A program made the translations under genes and the position numbers. From positions 41,122-105,121 of the IMG/VR virus record IMGVR_UViG_3300042560_001826: a stretch of 64,000 bases of DNA; one strand, given 5' to 3'. The notes below the pieces were generated by a model. The model was not told where the DNA came from. It did no database searches and was given only the letters and a program-made list of their open reading frames with translations. Origin of the DNA: a virus. This document shows positions 49,817-56,327 of this stretch, piece after piece. Position 1 is the first letter of the stretch; every line of letters begins with the position of its first letter.

Positions 49817-50043
49817 TGTGATCTCCTTTCTTACTATCCAGCCTACAAACATTACACAGATAATACAAGCACCTATTACCTCATAAAGTGTAAGGTATCG
49901 TAATATTACTCATTAAAAATGAGACACTCATAGACTCTAATAGCGTTGGTGGCGTAATGTTACACACACTAAAAATGAGAGAGGGATCTGTGTAAGGTTA
50001 CTTGGTGTGTGCCCCGGTCGATCGGGCCGGGGGTACATAGCAG

Positions 50044-50069
50044 AACCCCCACCCCTTGCGGGGTGGGGG
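50044..50069 (-). terminator. Terminator hairpin for B3
   Basis: CCCCCACCCC-GCAA-GGGGTGGGGG on the minus strand. Confidence 0.7.
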
Positions 50070-50089
50070 CTTGCGGGGGATTGGGGGTG

Positions 50090-50539
50090 CTACTTGGTCT
50101 TGCGGTAGAGCAGAACCTCGTAGGCTTGGGGGTTCTTGGGATCAATCGCAGGGTTCCCCTTGCCATTGACTAGCACCCTCAGATAGCCCACCTTGCCGAC
50201 CTGACTATCTACCTTGGTGAGGCTCAGTAGTCGGGCGTTGATGGTGAGGTCAGGTCGCTTGAATAGGTTCGGGGTGAGGTGGCGCACTACCTGACGGACA
50301 TCCACCCTGACGGTATGCGGGCTAGTGCGTACCTCGTGCTTGGTGATAGCGGGCAGGCTCAGGGCTTGGGCTACTGCGGTGAGCAGATAGTTAGCACCCT
50401 TATCCTCGTAGTGACGCTTGACCCCACGCTTGGCGTTGAGGTCACGCTTGGCGGTGCGCTTGGCGGTAAGGGTGCGCATAGTCTGCGTCACCTTAGCCTT
50501 GCTCACCCCCTTGCGGTTGGTCTTGGTCTTGGTTGCCAT
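50090..50539 (-). CDS. Island family B basic protein (B3)
   Basis: KRGVKRHYEDKGANYLL...VDVRQVV...RPDLTINARLLSL...EVLLYRKTK. Confidence 0.78.
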   Translation of the reverse strand: MATKTKTNRKGVSKAKVTQTMRTLTAKRTAKRDLNAKRGVKRHYEDKGANYLLTAVAQALSLPAITKHEVRTSPHTVRVDVRQVVRHLTPNLFKRPDLTINARLLSLTKVDSQVGKVGYLRVLVNGKGNPAIDPKNPQAYEVLLYRKTK

Positions 50540-50764
50540 TGGTACTGCCTCTCTGTGCTTGGGCTTGGCGGGATGCCTCACCTCGTTGATAACTACCTTA
50601 GCCGATACCTAGCCCTATTCCTACCTCGTAGCCTTACCTCGCAAGATTACCTATCCGACAGAATTACCCTAAAACCCTTATTCTATGCGGGTTCTAGCGT
50701 CGATCCTATGACGAAACTAATCGTTACCTAATCGTAACATAACAGATCACCCTATTGACCCCCC

Positions 50765-50778
50765 CGAACACAGGTTCG
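50765..50778. promoter_or_regulatory. Perfect LexA-type box CGAAC-ACAG-GTTCG
   Basis: Matches CGAAC-N4-GTTCG; TTGACC just upstream. Confidence 0.6.
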
Positions 50779-50852
50779 CCCTAGGGGTTAGATATAGCAT
50801 AACCCTGCATAGAAATATACTAAAATTTTTGATACAATGGCGCGGAATGGCT

Positions 50853-50897
50853 TTCTAATGAAATTGCTTCTAATGAAATTACTTCTAATGAAATTGC
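50853..50897. repeat. 3 x 15 bp tandem repeat TTCTAATGAAATT(G/A)C
   Basis: Units at 50853, 50868 and 50883. Confidence 0.9.
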
Positions 50898-51144
50898 CGG
50901 GAATAATTGCCGGGGTTAACTCTTCTCAGACAAAGGCGGGGTTGGATAGACCTATCTCGCTGGTAGTGGTGGGCGAGATAGGCGCTCACAAAACCGGGAT
51001 CTCCGGATCGGGATCACCGGTTGGAGCAACCCCGTAACAAGGAATCCGGGGTTATCGGGCGTAACTATAACGGTCCCAAGGTATTGGGATGCCCGATGGA
51101 AACTATTTCACATAAATAATTTCCGGGATTTATTCTACCAGATA

Positions 51145-51915
51145 TTACTCCCAATACCAACTATTTTCTTTTTCATTATCTCTCCATCCACCGTAGGGAG
51201 CCGACTGCTCGGTTTGTGGAGCTTGTGGGGCTTTTAGGTCTTGTGGGTTTTGTGGGGCTTGTGTAGATTGTGTAGTACTTTTTTGGCCCACCACTTCATA
51301 ATCATATCTGTCATCATCTGAGGTAAGCCATTTATCCCCGTCTTCTACATCCCATAATGTTTCATTAATTAACCGGTTTATTAGATTCTGCCCCTTCTTT
51401 GTTGTGTATGAGGGATCCCATAATCTAACCCGGTTGTTTGGTTGGATTGCAAAGTTACCGTCTTTTCTTTCAATTACATGACCGCATTTGTGTTGACCCG
51501 GATTTGTGGAATAGTTCGTATTGATTGTATTAATATCAGGACTATGCCAATCAAGGGTAAACATATATTTTCCATCAATTTTATTCTTATGCCGATCGGT
51601 ATATGTCATTGCCATACCCCGCATGTGCTCAAAGACCGTAACGGTGATGTACGACGAAAAGCTGTTCCACATCACCAAGTCTTTTAGATCCACCTCCGGA
51701 GCGTCTGGATGGGCGCAGAATGCATTTATAGGTGCTCTCCACCAAACCCCGCCATCTTCCATTAGAAAATGAAATACGGGCGCTCTGTCGGGGATTGAAG
51801 CTACACCGAAGATTACGCACGGGAACTTGAGGTTGTGACTGTCTTGTTGGTTTCTTAGAAAATTGCCACGCACATAGCATTCAATAGGCGGAATTGAGGC
51901 GTTCAGTTCAGGCAT
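51145..51915 (-). CDS. Conserved phage hypothetical protein
   Basis: LNASIPP...WRAPINAF...YMFTLDW...HKCGH...QPNNR; QAP-repeat tail. Confidence 0.7.
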   Translation of the reverse strand: MPELNASIPPIECYVRGNFLRNQQDSHNLKFPCVIFGVASIPDRAPVFHFLMEDGGVWWRAPINAFCAHPDAPEVDLKDLVMWNSFSSYITVTVFEHMRGMAMTYTDRHKNKIDGKYMFTLDWHSPDINTINTNYSTNPGQHKCGHVIERKDGNFAIQPNNRVRLWDPSYTTKKGQNLINRLINETLWDVEDGDKWLTSDDDRYDYEVVGQKSTTQSTQAPQNPQDLKAPQAPQTEQSAPYGGWRDNEKENSWYWE

Positions 51916-51934
51916 GGTGCAATCTTATCATACA

Positions 51935-52513
51935 TTACGGTTTCTGCCCTCTGCCTTGGCGGAAATCAATATTCATAATTAGCCTGAATGGATTATGAAC
52001 TGGGCTGCTGGATGCGTGGAGTTTGGATCCGTCAAAGATAATTGCACGACCAGCTTCTGGCTCAACGCAGTCCTCAACTTCCAGATCATTATTAAAGAAA
52101 TATGTCGGCCCATCTGATTCATTGATGTAATATAAACAAACCATATGTGGAACTTTAGTACCGTCATCATATTTCATATCTGTATGAGGCACATGTGATT
52201 GATAATTGGAATATGGTGGGTGTGGAGTGAGCATATTGACTTTACATCTAAATAATGTTATTAGACCGCAAGTTAATTCAATTGCTTTTAGTATTGGCAT
52301 TGCCATAGGTAAATGTGGTGATGCTTTTTCTTCACCATACATGTACATCTGATGGGAGAATTGAACTGGGGAATAAAACATCTTTTCTAGATCAGCCTGA
52401 TCGCTGGTAAAGATATGGGATGGATATAAGCGATAGGCAAACTTTCTATCCATGACATAATCATGAATTTCCCGCTGCTGTTTTTCCGGAATAAAATTAT
52501 TAATTATTTTCAT
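51935..52513 (-). CDS. 2OG-Fe(II) oxygenase (start reassigned to 52513)
   Basis: PHTD, LYYINESDGPT, FDG..LHASS, R..MN. Confidence 0.8.
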   Translation of the reverse strand: MKIINNFIPEKQQREIHDYVMDRKFAYRLYPSHIFTSDQADLEKMFYSPVQFSHQMYMYGEEKASPHLPMAMPILKAIELTCGLITLFRCKVNMLTPHPPYSNYQSHVPHTDMKYDDGTKVPHMVCLYYINESDGPTYFFNNDLEVEDCVEPEAGRAIIFDGSKLHASSSPVHNPFRLIMNIDFRQGRGQKP

Positions 52514-52515
52514 AG

Positions 52516-52591
52516 TTCGGGCGGTGGGAATTGAACCCACATGTCACCGTTACGGTTTCTACACCTTATAAGAGTGAGCCGATACGCCCGA
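52516..52591 (-). tRNA. Atypical tRNA-like RNA, anticodon TAT, no D arm, long variable region
   Basis: TCGGGCG/CGCCCGA acceptor; GTGGG-TTCAATT-CCCAC T arm; CTTATAA loop. Confidence 0.6.
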
Positions 52592-52599
52592 CTGTTTTG

Positions 52600-52672
52600 C
52601 TCCCAGAGTAGGGCTCGAACCTACGACCAACGGATTAACAGTCCGACGCTCTGCCAACTGAGCTATCTGGGA
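52600..52672 (-). tRNA. tRNA-Asn(GTT)
   Basis: TCCCAGA/TCTGGGA acceptor; CTGTTAA loop; TTCGAGC T loop. Confidence 0.93.
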
Positions 52673-52680
52673 AAGATTAT

Positions 52681-53436
52681 TTAGGGATTGCTTATTATAT
52701 TAAAATTAATCATGGGCTTGCTTGTATGCTGAGCAATATTATTTTCTCCAACTATAATAATTTTATAACCGAGAGATTCAATATATTGATATAATTCTTT
52801 TCTTCTTGGTTGAAACCATGGCTTATAAGTCCAAGCTTCAAAAATAATTGGTGGATAATTATTTTCTTCTAATGTTTTCAAACTACCTTTAATGACATTC
52901 AATTCAAGTCCTTCAACATCAATCTTGATTAATTTAACATTATTAAACTTATAATCATCTAATACTTCAATTTGCATTTCTTCAACTGCACCAACAGTTG
53001 CGCATTCATAATTATTATTACGGACTTCCATATCTAAACTAAATGCACCGATATTGGTTTCTTTTGCATAATCCGGAACTACTGTTTTAATAGTATCTCT
53101 TTCATCTGATAGACCTTTATTTATTGCATATACATTATCAATGGCATTAATAATAATATTTGAACATAGCTGATAGTAGATAATTCTTTGAGGCTCAAAG
53201 GAATAAAATTTTAGTGCTGGAAATAGTTTTGCAACCGGGATCACATAACTTCCAAGATTTGCACCAATATCTAAAACACATCCATCTTGTGAATCTCCGA
53301 TCAATGCTTTAGAAACTTCTTCTAGATGAGATTCATAACCACCGCCACTTCTTAAGGCGTTTGAAATGATATCTGGTTTATTAAAAATAATAAACTGACA
53401 GTCTTTGTAGTTGATTATTGATGTATCAGGTAACAT
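52681..53436 (-). CDS. FkbM-family methyltransferase
   Basis: LDIGANLG, SFEP, IKIDVEGLE. Confidence 0.88.
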   Translation of the reverse strand: MLPDTSIINYKDCQFIIFNKPDIISNALRSGGGYESHLEEVSKALIGDSQDGCVLDIGANLGSYVIPVAKLFPALKFYSFEPQRIIYYQLCSNIIINAIDNVYAINKGLSDERDTIKTVVPDYAKETNIGAFSLDMEVRNNNYECATVGAVEEMQIEVLDDYKFNNVKLIKIDVEGLELNVIKGSLKTLEENNYPPIIFEAWTYKPWFQPRRKELYQYIESLGYKIIIVGENNIAQHTSKPMINFNIISNP

Positions 53437-53446
53437 ATTTCCTCCG

Positions 53447-53518
53447 AGCCCGATGCAGGAATTGAACCTGCGACCACCCGCTTACAAGGCGGGAGCTCTA
53501 CCTCTGAGCTAATCGGGC
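53447..53518 (-). tRNA. tRNA-Thr(TGT)
   Basis: GCCCGAT/ATCGGGC acceptor; CCCGC-CTTGTAA-GCGGG anticodon arm. Confidence 0.95.
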
Positions 53519-53522
53519 ATTG

Positions 53523-53604
53523 TGCTCTCACTGGGACTTGAACCCAGAGGTCTAAAGACGAGAGATTTTAAGTCTCCTGCGTTTGCCAGTTTCGCCATGA
53601 GAGC
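53523..53604 (-). tRNA. tRNA-Leu(TAA)
   Basis: GCTCTCA/TGAGAGC acceptor; CTTAAAA loop; variable arm; TTCAAGT T loop. Confidence 0.92.
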
Positions 53605-54079
53605 TTGATTTCTTCTTTCTTATCTTTCTACTTACTCTTTTCTTTTTTTCATTTGGTATTTTTGGTAATGGCATTGTTGGTGCAATAATATCAGATAAGC
53701 GATCTATTACTCTTTCTATTTGATACTCAACAGAATTGACTGTGGATTGAATAATCTTTCTTCCGTGAACATCCTCTTCAAATGGCTCAAGAGCCTGCAT
53801 TGCTGCTTCTGTAATTGGTGAGAAGTAGCAGTGTAGCAATTCATGAACAATTGTATTTCTTAGATTTTCCGGTTTTTCTTTTCTATAATCTTTGTGTAGT
53901 GAGATAACAGCGCAGTGCTGACCATAGGTTACATCACACTCGCCAAGCGAATCGTTTGCACAAGGCTTGCGATAGAGAGTAATTTTCCACTCCCCAAGAT
54001 TCATCTTCCTTCTTACAATTTGAACATAGGAATTAATCCAAGGCTCAATGTGAGAAGTGCTTGATTTAGTGCGACTCAT
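53552..54079 (-). CDS. HExxH metallopeptidase-like protein
   Basis: TIVHELLHC; basic tail reads into tRNA-Leu. Confidence 0.65.
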   Translation of the reverse strand: MSRTKSSTSHIEPWINSYVQIVRRKMNLGEWKITLYRKPCANDSLGECDVTYGQHCAVISLHKDYRKEKPENLRNTIVHELLHCYFSPITEAAMQALEPFEEDVHGRKIIQSTVNSVEYQIERVIDRLSDIIAPTMPLPKIPNEKKKRVSRKIRKKKSSSHGETGKRRRLKISRL

Positions 54080-54471
54080 TCAAGAACTTTTCTACCGGCA
54101 TCAATAAGTTTGAAGCCGTGCTCTCTATCGTAAAGGAGATATTCGTAAACTGAAAGATCAAAGAAGTTTTTTACTTCTTCAAGTACAAGGGGTGCATTTA
54201 ATTCTGAGCAGGTATAGAGATCAAATTGAACAAGATATGGCTCAGTTTCATCCCAGACATGAAATGCAATATGTGATGTTTCAATCATCACAGTAGCTGT
54301 CATCCCGCGATTTCCCTCAGCATCAACATATGCAGAGAATGGACCGCGAATAATCTTCATTCCAATTTTTTCAACAAAATCCTTTAGCCAATAATAAACG
54401 ACTTCTTGATCTTTTGGCGGATTCTTACAGTGTCCTCTGATAAGAATATGTTTATGTAATGGTGCTTTCAC
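54076..54471 (-). CDS. speD: S-adenosylmethionine decarboxylase proenzyme
   Basis: GMT...IETSHIAFHVW...FDLYTC. Confidence 0.85.
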   Translation of the reverse strand: MKAPLHKHILIRGHCKNPPKDQEVVYYWLKDFVEKIGMKIIRGPFSAYVDAEGNRGMTATVMIETSHIAFHVWDETEPYLVQFDLYTCSELNAPLVLEEVKNFFDLSVYEYLLYDREHGFKLIDAGRKVLE

Positions 54472-55070
54472 GATTCCTCCAGTTTAAGCATAAAAGTATT
54501 ATCTAACCACATTAGTGCAATAATAGAATAACCTATGATATCAAGAAATGTATCATATAGGCTTTCGCCAGGAACAGCATTTTCCATATTTTGTTTTGTT
54601 AAAAGATTTTCTGCTCTGGCAATCTTGTCATGAATTCTAATAACCAATCCTGTAATTCCAAACATAGCAATATTATGATGACCATAATCTTTTTGTTTAC
54701 GAATTACAGTAAGTACAACATCAAGCATTTTAATTTTTGAATCGGGATAGATTTTGTCTATTGCGTTTATTGCGTTTACAGCCATCGCACACCATAAAAA
54801 TCTATGCTCAATTTTTCTAGGGGTGAAGTCTTCTTTATCAATATTATCAACATTAGATTTAATTTTTTGAAGATACAAATCTGTTTTAATATAGTAATCA
54901 ATAATTTCTCTTAGATTCTGAATCTCTTCTATTGAAGAGTCAAGAAATGGTTTAACAGTAAAGTTTTTATAAGTATTGTGCTTTTCCCAAATTTCAGAGG
55001 CTGATTTAAACGCAGCCTGCTCCCAAGTCATATTTGAATTATTAGAATACGAAGTTTTTAATATTGTCAT
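54468..55070 (-). CDS. DUF1599 / nucleotide-modification-associated domain protein
   Basis: KQKDYG, IRIHDKIAR..NL, ESLYDTFLDIIGYSII. Confidence 0.75.
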   Translation of the reverse strand: MTILKTSYSNNSNMTWEQAAFKSASEIWEKHNTYKNFTVKPFLDSSIEEIQNLREIIDYYIKTDLYLQKIKSNVDNIDKEDFTPRKIEHRFLWCAMAVNAINAIDKIYPDSKIKMLDVVLTVIRKQKDYGHHNIAMFGITGLVIRIHDKIARAENLLTKQNMENAVPGESLYDTFLDIIGYSIIALMWLDNTFMLKLEES

Positions 55071-55098
55071 AACTTAAGAACAGGCTGCGCCGAATCGG

Positions 55099-55587
55099 TT
55101 AAGCCTTTTGTCTCTCCTCTTCTGGGCTAAGAATTTCAAACTTACCTCTTTGTACCTTCTTAAAGAAATGCCTATTGGCATTGTAGAAGTTGTAAAAGGT
55201 TGGAAGTGAAATATTCACATTTTGTGCAACCTCAGCTGGCGTAATTACTTTACCAACATTGGTGCGCAAAAATCCAACAATAATATCTTGCTTTGATCTT
55301 GTTCTAGACACGATTTGTTCACCTCCCTTTTCTGGGAAATTAAATTTCTCCCAGAGAGATTTTGCAACATCTTTCGGTAGAGAGTAATACTTAATTGTCT
55401 TTGCAAGATTCCATCCTTTGTAATATCCAAAGAATACGGAAGATGCAATCCTCTCTACGCCCTGCTCAAGCAAGCCAAGCTTGCTCATTGCCTGATCGTG
55501 TAACTTTTCAACTTCATGAAAAGGAAGCTTCCATTGACTATTTTCTTCTTGATTTTGGTCCTCTTGGACCTCGGGTTTTTCGCTCAT
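55099..55587 (-). CDS. Putative HTH protein
   Basis: ITPAEVAQNVNISLPTFYNF...RGKF. Confidence 0.55.
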   Translation of the reverse strand: MSEKPEVQEDQNQEENSQWKLPFHEVEKLHDQAMSKLGLLEQGVERIASSVFFGYYKGWNLAKTIKYYSLPKDVAKSLWEKFNFPEKGGEQIVSRTRSKQDIIVGFLRTNVGKVITPAEVAQNVNISLPTFYNFYNANRHFFKKVQRGKFEILSPEEERQKA

Positions 55588-55723
55588 GCGACAATCGTAG
55601 CACATATTAGAAAATGAAAATGGGTAATTAGAAAATTATTTTAAAAATAAGTAATGGCGACCAATCCCATACATCCGAAGTAACTTCTCAGAATACTTTG
55701 GACCCAGAACGGTCGCCAAAAAC

Positions 55724-55963
55724 TTATTTCTTTTTAGATTTTGTTTTAACTTTTGTTGTTGTATGATCTAATGAAAGATGCTCGTCAAGTTTATGCTCAA
55801 CATTATCAACCTTTACTTCAACATGGTGAACATCTCTATGAAGGTCAATTAATTTCTCCATAACTTTTCCATGATCTTCTTTATTCTCTTCTCTGCTTTT
55901 CTGAACTAGAACAGCAAGAATACCACCGATGGCTGTAACGACAGCAACCAAAACTGCTTCCAT
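55724..55963 (-). CDS. Membrane protein with coiled coil (holin-like)
   Basis: N-terminal TM segment; EN..DH; KLDEHL. Confidence 0.55.
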   Translation of the reverse strand: MEAVLVAVVTAIGGILAVLVQKSREENKEDHGKVMEKLIDLHRDVHHVEVKVDNVEHKLDEHLSLDHTTTKVKTKSKKK

Positions 55964-55964
55964 A

Positions 55965-56327
55965 TTAGTCACCGATCAAGAAATCAGCAATCAATTCAAC
56001 ATCAACATCAAATTGACCATAGACATCTTGATGCGCCTTTAGTGTTGCAACAAGGTCATTCTTTCTAACCGTCTCCACCGGAGCATCATCTTTTGGATCA
56101 ATCGCTGTTGGTGCCGAAGATGCAGGCTCGCCAGTTGAGCCAGTATCAGAACCGGCAACGCCCTGCGTTGTTTCTGTAAGCATGAAGGTAACATCCTTCA
56201 CCGCCTTAGAAAGAGCATCAACCTGCTCTTGGTGATATGCGGCAGCCTTAAGAGCTTCTTTCAAAAGAAACTTGTGCTGCTCGACCATTTTTTCCGCGTT
56301 ATCAACGGGAATGCTAATGAATTTCAT
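55965..56327 (-). CDS. Hypothetical protein
   Basis: RBS GGAGG; TAATG coupling. Confidence 0.6.
   Translation of the reverse strand: MKFISIPVDNAEKMVEQHKFLLKEALKAAAYHQEQVDALSKAVKDVTFMLTETTQGVAGSDTGSTGEPASSAPTAIDPKDDAPVETVRKNDLVATLKAHQDVYGQFDVDVELIADFLIGD

Larger units (their letters stand above)
44213..50001. repeat. Dispersed array of about 37 GTAANNTTAC palindromes confined to inter-cassette spacers
   Basis: Starts read at 44213, 44227, 44242, 44896, 44992, 45009, 45044, 45061, 45139, 45154, 45831, 45992, 46030, 46075, 46092, 46124, 46138, 46756, 46802, 46853, 46902, 47466, 47497, 47543, 47578, 48225, 48315, 48344, 48710, 48766, 48785, 49553, 49619, 49649, 49900, 49954, 49992. Confidence 0.92.

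Noticed and set aside
44213-50001. CRISPR array interpretation of the repeated palindromes
   Set aside because: Repeats are only 10 bp with irregular spacing from 4 to several hundred bp and intervening genes; there is no cas operon.
44466-50539. Diversity-generating retroelement as the source of paralog variation
   Set aside because: No reverse transcriptase in the window and no near-identical template/variable repeat pair differing at adenines.
44200-50700. Integron or shufflon
   Set aside because: No tyrosine or serine recombinase in the window, no attC-like sites, and cassettes carry their own promoters. A recombinase elsewhere in the genome is not excluded.
45256-50731. Plus-strand ORFs 45256-45696, 46217-46531, 48952-49203 and 50279-50731
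   Set aside because: Antisense shadows of GC-rich family A/B genes, which have the RBS, terminators and paralog support.
50837-51037. 66 aa ORF with LLMK repeats
   Set aside because: The repeat is a by-product of the 15 bp tandem DNA repeat, and there is no clear RBS.
52514-52540. N-terminal extension MGSIPTART of the oxygenase ORF
   Set aside because: It is the T arm of the tRNA-like RNA; the real start is most likely ATG 52513.
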